64,000 nucleotides of DNA from Aulosira sp. ZfuVER01 (GTDB lineage: Bacteria > Cyanobacteriota > Cyanobacteriia > Cyanobacteriales > Nostocaceae), in contig JAVRCV020000033.1 of assembly GCA_034530615.2 (NCBI GenBank), positions 92,128 through 156,127 of the forward strand, given 5' to 3'. The stretch's first letter is position 1. Each line of letters opens with the position of its first letter. A program made the position numbers and the translations under genes. The notes under the pieces are model-generated. The model ran no database searches. It was not told the origin of the DNA and saw only the letters and a list, made by a program, of their open reading frames with translations. Below are positions 1-8,800 of the stretch, piece by piece.

Positions 1-846
1 GCGGAGGTTCTGCCAGCCTTTTCCCGTAATCCCCTATTTGGCTATCGGTCATTAGCTGTTGCTTCTTTAGGTATCGCTGTAGTCAGCATTTTCGTGTGGG
101 TGCATCATATGTTCACCAGTGCTACCCCTGGCTGGATGCGGATGTTATTTATGGTGACATCAATGTTAGTTGCTGTGCCCACTGGTGTTAAGGCATTTGG
201 TTGGACTGCGACAATTTGGAAGAGTAAGCTGCACCTAGAAACACCTATGCTGTTTGCTATGGGAGGTGCTGCCATGTTTCTGCTCGGTGGTGTTACTGGG
301 GTGATGCTCGCAGCAGTACCATTTGATATTCACGTCCACAATACCTACTTTATAGTGGGGCACTTCCACTACATTGTTTTTAACACCATCACGATGGCAA
401 TCTTTGCTGCCATTTACTTTTGGTTTCCGAAGATTACTGGACGAATGTATGCTGAAGGCTGGGGCAAATTACATTTCTGGTTAACTTTTATCGGTGCTAA
501 CTTGACTTTCTTCCCTATGCTCCCACTAGGTTTACAGGGAATGGTACGCCGAATTTCTTCCTATGACCCACGCTATCAAGGGTGGAATGTGATTGCTAGT
601 CTAGGAGGATTTTTGTTAGGAGTATCAATACTACCTTTTATTGCCAATATGGTGGTTTCTTGCTTATACGGACAGAGAGCAAGTAACAATCCCTGGCTGG
701 CTACAGGGTTGGAATGGACAACCACCTCACCACCACCACAAGATAACTTTGAAGAAATTCCGGTTGTCAAAAGACCTCCCTACGATTATGGCGATCCCAA
801 ATACTCAGTGATTGAACCTCCCGATTATCATCAGCAAGAACACTAA
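1..846 (+). CDS. ctaD: Cytochrome c oxidase subunit I, 5'-truncated by window edge
   Basis: Frame is open from base 1 (AEVLPAFSRNPLFGY...). CuB ligands WVHHM and heme ligands GHFHY are present, with a typical LEWTTTSPPP C-terminus. Confidence 0.95.
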   Translation, partial: AEVLPAFSRNPLFGYRSLAVASLGIAVVSIFVWVHHMFTSATPGWMRMLFMVTSMLVAVPTGVKAFGWTATIWKSKLHLETPMLFAMGGAAMFLLGGVTGVMLAAVPFDIHVHNTYFIVGHFHYIVFNTITMAIFAAIYFWFPKITGRMYAEGWGKLHFWLTFIGANLTFFPMLPLGLQGMVRRISSYDPRYQGWNVIASLGGFLLGVSILPFIANMVVSCLYGQRASNNPWLATGLEWTTTSPPPQDNFEEIPVVKRPPYDYGDPKYSVIEPPDYHQQEH

Positions 847-889
847 GAAGTCAGTTACCAAGATGGGGGAGATGAGGGGAGTTTTTTCA

Positions 890-947
890 CAATGCCCAAT
901 GACCAATGACCAATGCCCAATAACAAATGAACAATGACTAATGACAA
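890..947. repeat. STRR-type heptamer tandem repeat (CAATGAC/CAATGCC)n
   Basis: caatgcc caatgac caatgac caatgcc caataac aaatgaa caatgac taatgac. Confidence 0.9.
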
Positions 948-1629
948 AAATTATGAACCTATGAACCGTGGCGTTATTCATGTAGATGAAAGTCCTATCC
1001 CTTTGGAACGATGGCGACAATACCTACCAAAGTGGCTAAAGCGTTTCCTACCAATTCGTGGTGGACGTTCTGAAGACCATCATGGTAAGGGGATGTTTGG
1101 GTTTACCGTCTTCCTGTTGTCGGAAAGCATAATTTTTTTGAGTTTTTTCTTCACATACATTGCCCTGCGATTGACTCACTCAAGAAATTGGCTACCACCA
1201 GGTGTTTCGGGGCCGGAATTGTCTACTTTTGTAATTATTAACACTGTAGTTTTACTCTCCAGTAGCTTTGTCATTCAACCAGCAGAAAATGCTCTCAAGC
1301 ATCATCAGTTAAATAAATTTCGCTGGTTATGGCTAATGACGATTTGCATGGGAACCTATTTCTTAATTGGTCAAGGAATTGAATGGAGTCAACTTGATTT
1401 TGGGTTAAGTACGGGACTAGTAGGTTCTACATTTTATCTATTAACAGGTTTCCACGGTTTGCACGTTCTAACAGGTGTGAGTCTACAGATAATTATGCTG
1501 GTTCGCTCTTTTATTAGAGGTAACTACAATAAAGGTCACTTTGGTGTAAGTGCAACCACTTTATTTTGGCACTTTGTAGACGTAATTTGGGTTTTACTAT
1601 TCTCACTTCTCTATATTTGGCACACATAA
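934..1629 (+). CDS. ctaE: Heme-copper oxidase subunit III (start may be ATG 961)
   Basis: FLLSESIIF, TGFHGLHV and FWHFVDVIW motifs; follows subunit I. Confidence 0.92.
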   Translation: MTNDKNYEPMNRGVIHVDESPIPLERWRQYLPKWLKRFLPIRGGRSEDHHGKGMFGFTVFLLSESIIFLSFFFTYIALRLTHSRNWLPPGVSGPELSTFVIINTVVLLSSSFVIQPAENALKHHQLNKFRWLWLMTICMGTYFLIGQGIEWSQLDFGLSTGLVGSTFYLLTGFHGLHVLTGVSLQIIMLVRSFIRGNYNKGHFGVSATTLFWHFVDVIWVLLFSLLYIWHT

Positions 1630-1650
1630 AAACATCTTTGGAGTATTTTT

Positions 1651-1896
1651 ATGAATTTATATCTTCAAGACATCCCAGCTTCAGATTTGCCTCCAAAAGC
1701 AATTCAAGAAACTCCAGCACCAGGCAAAGACCCCTTAATTGCACGTGGTTTACAAAAAGAACAGTACGTTGCTATTAGCGTATTGGCGATTATTCTTGTT
1801 GCTGCTGTGGGATTTTTTAGCCGCAGAGTTGAATACGCTATTATGTTTGCTTTTGCTCTCAGCATTGTTTTTATAGCGTTTGTTTTACTTATTTAG
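1651..1896 (+). CDS. Small 2-TM membrane protein
   Basis: 81-aa ORF with GGAG RBS and two hydrophobic helices, operonic with ctaE. Confidence 0.7.
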   Translation: MNLYLQDIPASDLPPKAIQETPAPGKDPLIARGLQKEQYVAISVLAIILVAAVGFFSRRVEYAIMFAFALSIVFIAFVLLI

Positions 1897-1923
1897 ATAA
1901 GCCTCGGTCTTATTTTTTAGTTA

Positions 1924-2017
1924 ACTATAGCAGTCATAACAAATAGATCCCCGACTTCTTGAGAAGTCGGGGATCTAAGCCTCTCGATATTTGCAAATCA
2001 AATAGGATTGCTATAGT
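1924..2017. mobile_element. Degenerate MITE-like element with nested palindromic repeat
   Basis: Imperfect terminal IRs actatagcagtc...gattgctatagt enclose AGATCCCCGACTTCT-TG-AGAAGTCGGGGATCT (1945-1976). Confidence 0.65.
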
Positions 2018-2093
2018 GACAACATAATTGCACAACCAAGGGATGAAAATCTTTTATTCCCTGTTCCCTATTCTCAAGTTAGGAGATATCTGA

Positions 2094-3476
2094 ATGAATA
2101 GCCCAGTTTATCAAACTGTGATTGTCGGCGGTGGTTTTACCGGATTATTTACAGCATTACACCTAGCTCACGAACACTATCCTCGCTCTGTAATTTTGAT
2201 TGATAAAAATGAGCGATTTTGTTTTAAGCCTTTACTGTATGAATATTTCGATGGCGAGATGGATAGTGTGCAAGTAGTACCACGATTTTCGGAATTACTT
2301 CGAGGTAGTGGTGTGATTTTTGTTCAGGATTCAGTGCAGTCAATAGACTTGCATCAACGGGAAGTCAAATTAGCTTCGGGAAACTCCTACAACTACAGTA
2401 ACTTAGTCTTAGCTTTGGGAAGTGTTACTGGCTATCATCACATTGAAGGTGCTCAAGAAAATGCTTTTCCTTTCTGGACACAAGCAGATGCGATCGCACT
2501 TGACAAACATTTACGCGACTGTTTGCAAAAAGCCTTGCAAACTGAAGATCTAGAACAACGTCGGCAATTACTCACAGTAGTTGTGGTTGGTGGTGGTGCT
2601 TCCGGTATCGAAATGGCAGCTACCTTGGCTGATTTTTTGCCACATTGGTATAGTGCTTTAGGCGGCAATCAAAGTGAAATTCGTGTAGTATTGCTCAATC
2701 ACGGTACAGAAATTCTCGATGGCGATATTAACGATCCACTACGTCCGATCGCTGAACAGGAATTAAAAAAACGTATTGTTCCGATAGAAATCATTCTTGA
2801 AGCAGAAGCAACAGCCGTTCGCCCCACCGCAGTTGAATATAAGTCTGGCGATCGCGTTGAAACACTACCAACTTACACAACAATCTGGACAGCTGGCACT
2901 TCTACTAATCCATTGATTCAAGATTTACCCATTCCTTCAGAACATCGAGATCAACACGATCGCCTCCTCGTCACTCCGACGATGCAACTACTCGACTTTC
3001 CTGAAGTCTTTGCAGGTGGTGATTGTGCAGCTGTACAAGATACTTCCTTACCACCTACAGCCCAAGTAGCGTATCAACAAGGAGCTAATATTGCCACTAA
3101 TTTGAAAGCGATCGCGCTCGGAGAAGAACCCGAACCGAAGACAGTTAATATCCGGGGAACCCTGTTGAAGTTGGGGGTAAATGATGCTGCTGCTAACTTG
3201 TTCAATGTTTTTGAAGTTGCAGGCGAACCGGCACACTTAATTCGTCAAGGCACTTATTTAACGCTATTACCAACGCCAATTCATGACTTCAAAGCCACAA
3301 CTGAATGGGTAAATGAAGAGATTTTTCACCATCACCTTGATTCTCAAGATGTAGGTAAAAAAGTGGTGCAAGCGGTGGAATTAGTTGGTGCAGGAATCGT
3401 TGGTGTTTTAGTTACGAGAAAATTATTAAAAATGTTGGGTGATGACGATAAAAAAGACGAAGTAATGGAGAGTTAA
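2094..3476 (+). CDS. Type II NAD(P)H dehydrogenase-like FAD-dependent oxidoreductase
   Basis: GGGFTG and GGGASGIEMA Rossmann motifs, FAGGDCA, PPTAQVAYQQG. Confidence 0.88.
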   Translation: MNSPVYQTVIVGGGFTGLFTALHLAHEHYPRSVILIDKNERFCFKPLLYEYFDGEMDSVQVVPRFSELLRGSGVIFVQDSVQSIDLHQREVKLASGNSYNYSNLVLALGSVTGYHHIEGAQENAFPFWTQADAIALDKHLRDCLQKALQTEDLEQRRQLLTVVVVGGGASGIEMAATLADFLPHWYSALGGNQSEIRVVLLNHGTEILDGDINDPLRPIAEQELKKRIVPIEIILEAEATAVRPTAVEYKSGDRVETLPTYTTIWTAGTSTNPLIQDLPIPSEHRDQHDRLLVTPTMQLLDFPEVFAGGDCAAVQDTSLPPTAQVAYQQGANIATNLKAIALGEEPEPKTVNIRGTLLKLGVNDAAANLFNVFEVAGEPAHLIRQGTYLTLLPTPIHDFKATTEWVNEEIFHHHLDSQDVGKKVVQAVELVGAGIVGVLVTRKLLKMLGDDDKKDEVMES

Positions 3477-3519
3477 GCTCAATACTCATAAAACATTAAC
3501 AGTACAGAGGCTATTGAAT

Positions 3520-4479
3520 ATGTCTAGCCAAACCGATGTACAGGTACAAAGAATTAGAGCTATTGGATTAACAGTGACAAACTGCGATCGCTCTTGGCAA
3601 TTTTATACAAAAGCCCTTGGTTTTGAACTCGTTAGCGATATTACTGTTGAAAGAAAGGATTATAACGAACTGGAAGGTGTAAGGGGGGCAAAAATTCGCA
3701 TTATCTCTTTGCGATTAAGAGATGAACTCATTGAATTGATGGAATATCTCAACATTCACTCTCAACCTATACCCAGCGATTCCCAAAGTAATGACCTGTG
3801 GTTTCAACATCTAGCGATTGTGGTGAGTGATATGGATCGCGCCTATTCGCATTTGCGTTCATTTCCAATTGAACCAATTTCAGTTGCACCGCAGACAATA
3901 CCGCCTGGTAATGAAGCATCTGGTGGTGTTCGCGCTTTCAAATTTAAAGACCCTGATGGTCATGATTTAGAGTTAATTTGGTTTCCACCCAATAAAGGAC
4001 AAGATAAATGGCATCAAAACAGAGATAGCTTGTTTTTGGGAATAGATCATAGTGCGATCGCTATTTCTAACACCGAGCAGAGTCTGCACTTTTACCGCGA
4101 TCTTCTGGGAATGCAAATCGATAGCCGCAGTCTCAACTGGCGTGCAACCCAAGCGCGTATGGATAATTTACCAGGAGCAGAAGTTCAAATTACAGGACTG
4201 CGACCCGCTCAAGGTGGCGTAGGGATTGAGTTGTTAGACTATCTTGTACCCCCTAAAGGTCGTCCTATACCCAGTGATTGGAAAAGTTGCGATATTGCAA
4301 CGGTGCAAGTCCAAATCATCGTTGACGACATCGAGCAGATTGTAGATAAGCTGCGTCAGCACCGAGTTCAGTTGGTTTCGCCCAAAATTGTGCAGTTTGC
4401 AGATAGCTCCCAGCCTTATCAGCAGGGTTGTTTAGTTAAAGATCCAGACGGACATAGCATATTGCTACTTGCCCAATAG
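3520..4479 (+). CDS. VOC/glyoxalase family protein (two domains)
   Basis: QHLAIVV, FKDPDGHDLEL, DHSAIAI and KDPDGH motifs. Confidence 0.85.
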   Translation: MSSQTDVQVQRIRAIGLTVTNCDRSWQFYTKALGFELVSDITVERKDYNELEGVRGAKIRIISLRLRDELIELMEYLNIHSQPIPSDSQSNDLWFQHLAIVVSDMDRAYSHLRSFPIEPISVAPQTIPPGNEASGGVRAFKFKDPDGHDLELIWFPPNKGQDKWHQNRDSLFLGIDHSAIAISNTEQSLHFYRDLLGMQIDSRSLNWRATQARMDNLPGAEVQITGLRPAQGGVGIELLDYLVPPKGRPIPSDWKSCDIATVQVQIIVDDIEQIVDKLRQHRVQLVSPKIVQFADSSQPYQQGCLVKDPDGHSILLLAQ

Positions 4480-4596
4480 TAAAACCAGTCTGAGGAGACA
4501 GTTATTTTGAGAGGATGCTCAAATTCTTTAGCTTGTTTTTGTATTTCATTGCCAATGCGATCGCAAACTATTTGCATAAATCAAATTTGCAAAATC

Positions 4597-4977
4597 TTAT
4601 CCTATCAGGCTGTATGCCAGTCCAAACAGTACAATCAGAGTCACAATTACATAGAAAAAATCTCCTAATCTAATAAAAGCTAACAAAGAAAAAGCGACTC
4701 GTAAAACTGGAGTCGCAATCAGTAGCAGTAGCCCTAGTTGAATCAGACCTCGGTTACGACCTGATAATATTGATGCTTTTAATCCATCGGGAGTGCGAAA
4801 CTCTGTCGGTTCCCCCCGAAAAAACTGGTAATTGGGAACCTCACCTCCGTGGCGAATTAAGTACAATATTCCACCTAATAGAACCAAACTCGTGGCAAGT
4901 ATCACCCCAATTCTTAAAAAGTTGCCGATAAACTGTTCAAAGCGCCGTTCGGATTTCGTCTGCTTCTTAAAAGTCAT
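4597..4977 (-). CDS. DUF1634 membrane protein
   Basis: IGNFLRIGV and GLLLLIATPVLRV motifs; usual partner of TauE. Confidence 0.82.
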   Translation of the reverse strand: MTFKKQTKSERRFEQFIGNFLRIGVILATSLVLLGGILYLIRHGGEVPNYQFFRGEPTEFRTPDGLKASILSGRNRGLIQLGLLLLIATPVLRVAFSLLAFIRLGDFFYVIVTLIVLFGLAYSLIG

Positions 4978-4978
4978 T

Positions 4979-5815
4979 CTAAAGCCTCCCAGTTAGTCCT
5001 TTGTAGATCATTTCCAGGGCTAGCACCAGAATGACACCACTAAAAATATTTCGTAAAAGTGTGACTTTAGCTCCAATCAATAACCGCGCCCCTAACACAG
5101 CACCAAACAGAACTCCTAACATTACTGGCATTGTTAATCCGGGATCGATGTAACCTCGATTAAGGTAAATTCCAGCACTAGCCGCAGCCGTTACTCCAAT
5201 CATGAAATTGCTAGTAGTTGTAGAAACTTTGAATGGGATATGCATAACTCGATCCATTGCCAGTACCTTGAGCGCGCCCGAGCCAATGCCCAGCAAGCCA
5301 GAAAGTACACCAGCAGTAAACATTAATCCAAACCCCAAAGGAACACCACGCACGTTGTAAGACTCTTCTCCCGCTTGAGTTGGATATGTACTATTGAGCT
5401 TCAAGCGCGTTGCTAGCGGATCTGGTGGTAAATTATCTATGTTTTCGGAACTTTGCTGACGAGATAAGTAGGCGCTATAAAGTAAAACAATTCCAAACAC
5501 AACAGCAATTGTTCCTGTAGAAATCTTCGCTGCTACCATTGCTCCAGCTATTGCACCAAATGTTGTTGCCACTTCTAAGAACATCCCTAGCCGCAAATTA
5601 GTGTAGCCTTCCTTTACGTAAGCGGATGCTGCTCCACTAGATGTAGCAATTACAGATACTAAAGAAGCACCGATAGCATAATGAATATCCACTCCACAAA
5701 CTACAGATAAAAAAGGAACAATTACTACCCCGCCGCCTAAACCTGTCAAAGCTCCTAAAAACCCAGCAACTAAGGAGCCAAACCATACTAATAGCGAAAA
5801 ATCTAGAATATTCAA
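4979..5815 (-). CDS. TauE/SafE (TSUP) family transporter
   Basis: GALTGLGGG, SGLLGIGSG and STTTSNFMIG motifs; TTG start. Confidence 0.88.
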   Translation of the reverse strand: MNILDFSLLVWFGSLVAGFLGALTGLGGGVVIVPFLSVVCGVDIHYAIGASLVSVIATSSGAASAYVKEGYTNLRLGMFLEVATTFGAIAGAMVAAKISTGTIAVVFGIVLLYSAYLSRQQSSENIDNLPPDPLATRLKLNSTYPTQAGEESYNVRGVPLGFGLMFTAGVLSGLLGIGSGALKVLAMDRVMHIPFKVSTTTSNFMIGVTAAASAGIYLNRGYIDPGLTMPVMLGVLFGAVLGARLLIGAKVTLLRNIFSGVILVLALEMIYKGLTGRL

Positions 5816-6094
5816 GGTTAATTCTCCATTATTGGGCTTTATACTTGAAACACAGATTATCTTGTTAGTTATGAGTTGAGCTTACTTTAGACTTGCTCAT
5901 TAATCAAAGCAAACACTCTTTATTATCAGAATAATAACAATTTAATAATATTGCATATTTAGTTATTCTAAAACTTCTGAGATTAAATCTATTATTTTAC
6001 ACATATTCTATGCCACTTTTTTCAATTTTATACAAGTCATTTAACTACTATAGTTTTATCAATTTACAGTAGTTCATTAAACAAGACTTCATGC

Positions 6095-6146
6095 CATAAC
6101 CTGGTTATAACCCTGTGATAAACACCCTCTAACTTGTGTGTATTTT
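6095..6146 (+). promoter_or_regulatory. 11-bp-periodic Pho-box-like repeats with possible extended -10
   Basis: ATAACC(6096) ATAACC(6107) ATAAAC(6118) CTAACT(6129), then TGTG-TATTTT at 6137-6146. Confidence 0.4.
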
Positions 6147-6269
6147 CTAAACATTTAATTATTAAGAACTGTCATACTTTATTCATGAAAATGACAAGTG
6201 ATTATCAAATACTTTTAATATTCTAGATAAAGTGAATGTTGTAGGCTTGTACAGTAAATCAAAAAAATT

Positions 6270-6650
6270 ATGGATAACACTTTACTTTGCCTAATTTTAG
6301 GCTTGATAGCAGGAATAGTAAGTGGAATCACCGGAATTGGTGGGGGTATAATTATTTTACCCGCCTTAATTTTTGTATTTGGTTTTTCTCAACACCAAGC
6401 TCAGGGAACTACATTAGCTTTACTTGTTCCTCCTATTGATATCTTGGCTGCATGGACTTATTACAAACAAGGTTATGTAGACATTAAGATAGCAACATTG
6501 CTTTGTATAGGTTTTGTATTAGGTGGGTGGTTTGGAGCAAAAATAGGAACGGGATTATCTAATGTAATTTTGGCGAGGATTTTTGGAGTCTTATTACTGG
6601 TAAGTGCTATCAGAGTCATGTTTATAAATCCAGGCGATGCTAATTTATGA
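6270..6650 (+). CDS. Short TauE/SafE family permease
   Basis: SGITGIGGG and HQAQGTTLALLVPP motifs. Confidence 0.85.
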   Translation: MDNTLLCLILGLIAGIVSGITGIGGGIIILPALIFVFGFSQHQAQGTTLALLVPPIDILAAWTYYKQGYVDIKIATLLCIGFVLGGWFGAKIGTGLSNVILARIFGVLLLVSAIRVMFINPGDANL

Positions 6651-6664
6651 TTTATTTCTTATAT

Positions 6665-8032
6665 TCAACAGCTTTCGCTATTATCTTGGGGAATCTTTAC
6701 TGTGAAAATTGTTCCAATACCTACCTCACTTTTTACATAAATTTCTCCCTGATGTAGTTCAACACATTTTTTCACCACAGCTAATCCTAGTCCAGTACCA
6801 ACAATTTTGCCCACATTTTCTGCTCGATGAAAAGGCTCAAATAAATGTTTCTGAAATTCCTCCGGAATTCCTAGACCAAAATCTTTAACTTGGAAAATTA
6901 TTGAGTTTGGTTCACCACTGAGAATTAACAATATATCTGCCTCTTCTGGCGAATATTTTATGGCATTAGAAAGCAAATTACTAAGAATTGAGTACAGCAA
7001 ATTTTCATCTAAAGTTGCGTGAGTACAGTTATTTTGACTGATAAATTTAATTGGGTGTTGTGGTTGATTACAAAACTGAATATCTTCAATTAAGTTTAGA
7101 CAAAATGCTTCCAAATCTATAATATCTGGATGAAATTCAAGTTTACCAGCTTCTGCCCTAGTTAGAGTCAGAATATCTGTCAGCAATTGGTTCATTGATC
7201 TAGCTGAAGATTGAATCCGATATAGATTTTTGACTTTCTTTTCTTCTGTCCACTGCTGATTACTCTGAGCTAACAATTGAGCCGAACCTAAAATAATACT
7301 TAAAGGTGTGCGAAATTCATGGGAAACCATCGAAAAAAAGCGCAGTTTCAGTTCGCTGAGTTCTTTTTCTTGAGCTAATGTCCGTTGCAAAGCTTCTGCT
7401 TGCTGGCGCTTAACCAATTGTTGATAAAGCAAGGCGTAAACAGCCAACAAAATAGCAAAACTCAGCACCGTACCCAGGAATTCAATCAACATCCGGTTGT
7501 GAATATTTTCCTGAGAATGTTTAACCGAAATTTCTAATAACTCTTCTTCTCTCACTTGCAACTGAGCTAGAGTTTGCCGAATTTCACCACGAGTTTGGTT
7601 AATTTTCGTAGCTTGCAGAGCAACTGTTGATTTGCCTAATTGCTGAAGGTTAAGCGACTCTTGAGAAAATTCCACTCTTTGAAAAATTAAGGCTTTTAGT
7701 TTTATGAGTTGCTGCTGTTGAGAGGGGTCATCAGCAAGTTGTTTTTGTAACTTTTTGACTTTGGCATTTAAGCTTTGTATTGCCTGATTGTAACGTTCTA
7801 ATTCCGATCGCTCTCCAAATAGAATATAGCCTCTACGTCCTGCTTCGGCATCAGTCAAGGTAGCGAAGATATCAATCAGGCTTTTCATTGCCTCATGTGT
7901 GTGCTTCACTTTATTGCTACTTTCAATTAACTGAGTAGCATTTTGGTAAGAAATAAAACTAACTATACCCATTAATAAGAAAGATAAACCAAAACCAGAG
8001 GCAATCCATTTCTTTTCCAATGACCATTTCAT
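6665..8032 (-). CDS. CHASE3-domain sensor histidine kinase
   Basis: TM-CHASE3 (DAEAGRRGY)-TM, H-box SHEFRTPL, NLLSNAIKY, DFGLGIP, GTGLGL. Confidence 0.93.
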   Translation of the reverse strand: MKWSLEKKWIASGFGLSFLLMGIVSFISYQNATQLIESSNKVKHTHEAMKSLIDIFATLTDAEAGRRGYILFGERSELERYNQAIQSLNAKVKKLQKQLADDPSQQQQLIKLKALIFQRVEFSQESLNLQQLGKSTVALQATKINQTRGEIRQTLAQLQVREEELLEISVKHSQENIHNRMLIEFLGTVLSFAILLAVYALLYQQLVKRQQAEALQRTLAQEKELSELKLRFFSMVSHEFRTPLSIILGSAQLLAQSNQQWTEEKKVKNLYRIQSSARSMNQLLTDILTLTRAEAGKLEFHPDIIDLEAFCLNLIEDIQFCNQPQHPIKFISQNNCTHATLDENLLYSILSNLLSNAIKYSPEEADILLILSGEPNSIIFQVKDFGLGIPEEFQKHLFEPFHRAENVGKIVGTGLGLAVVKKCVELHQGEIYVKSEVGIGTIFTVKIPQDNSESC

Positions 8033-8049
8033 AAGACTACCTTTAAATT

Positions 8050-8102
8050 CCCCGATTTTTACCCGATATTTACCCCTTATCTCTACAAGTTATTGTTAAA
8101 AT
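8050..8102 (+). promoter_or_regulatory. Box 1: triple 11-bp direct repeat plus -10 (TAAAAT 8097-8102)
   Basis: ccccgattttt acccgatattt accccttatct, 14 nt, then taaaat. Confidence 0.8.
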
Positions 8103-8108
8103 AATAAT

Positions 8109-8180
8109 TGAATTAACCTCTTTTACACTATACATTCTTCAAACTATTTTAATTACTTAGTTTGAAGAATTTTAATTTTT
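8109..8180 (+). ncRNA. Candidate small RNA, copy 1 (5' end estimated)
   Basis: No ORF follows box 1. A CU-rich 5' segment precedes a perfect 13-bp stem (8134-8146/8158-8170) and T-tract. Paralogous to 13537-13607. Confidence 0.55.
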
Positions 8181-8469
8181 ATATATCTCAACTACAAAGC
8201 TTATTATACTATTCAGATTTGATTCATCAACTTACTGATTTGATGCGCTACGGCTAGTACAAGCACGCTAGGTAAGCGGTAAATGCGTTACTGCGTTAAG
8301 CGAACCTTGAAGTAAGTGACTGTCGTTAAGGTTAGCGAAGCAGTAGCAACTTTGTGGAATTCTCTTGTTCGCTCTTGGCGTTATTTGAGGATAGAGTAAT
8401 ACAGTTATAGAATATTACAGTTTGTAATGTTTTTTTAAATCCCGTGTCTTTAATAGCTATTCAAAAATT

Positions 8470-8522
8470 ACCCGATTTCTACCCGATTTCTACCCGATTT
8501 TTTGACATATAAGGTGTAAAGT
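8470..8522 (+). promoter_or_regulatory. Box 2: triple 11-bp direct repeat plus -10 (TAAAGT 8517-8522)
   Basis: acccgatttct acccgatttct acccgattttt, 14 nt, then taaagt. Confidence 0.85.
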
Positions 8523-8573
8523 TCAAAATAGAGAAAAACTCATAAGACGATTGATTTTTTTTGTTACACTTAT

Positions 8574-8798
8574 ATGTCTAATTTTTCAGTTAATATTGCT
8601 AACATTGTACTGACTAATGAACAGTATTATAAGCTCAAATTTTATGCAAACAGTCATCATGTATCGCTTCAAAAATCAATTATATTGCTTATTGATTCTC
8701 TGCCTAGACCTTCTAAAAATAGTAAAATTTTAAAAAATAGATATTCAATGTTATCTGCTAGAAACTTTCTGCAAAGGTTTGATAATATTCAAAATTAG
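8574..8798 (+). CDS. 74-aa microprotein, RHH/CopG-like (paralog A)
   Basis: 30/47 N-terminal identities with 14024-14245; strand-helix-helix pattern; stop lies 2 nt before the PBP ATG. Confidence 0.75.
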   Translation: MSNFSVNIANIVLTNEQYYKLKFYANSHHVSLQKSIILLIDSLPRPSKNSKILKNRYSMLSARNFLQRFDNIQN

Positions 8799-8800
8799 CT

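Noticed and set aside
805..1020. Minus-strand 71-aa ORF
   Set aside because: Shadow of the STRR array and ctaE.
8244..8380. GC-richer stretch between boxes 1 and 2 as a structured ncRNA or riboswitch
   Set aside because: It has no counterpart in cassette 2, and part (8290-8326) resembles the reverse complement of the dispersed 45-nt repeat, so it is probably decayed repeats.
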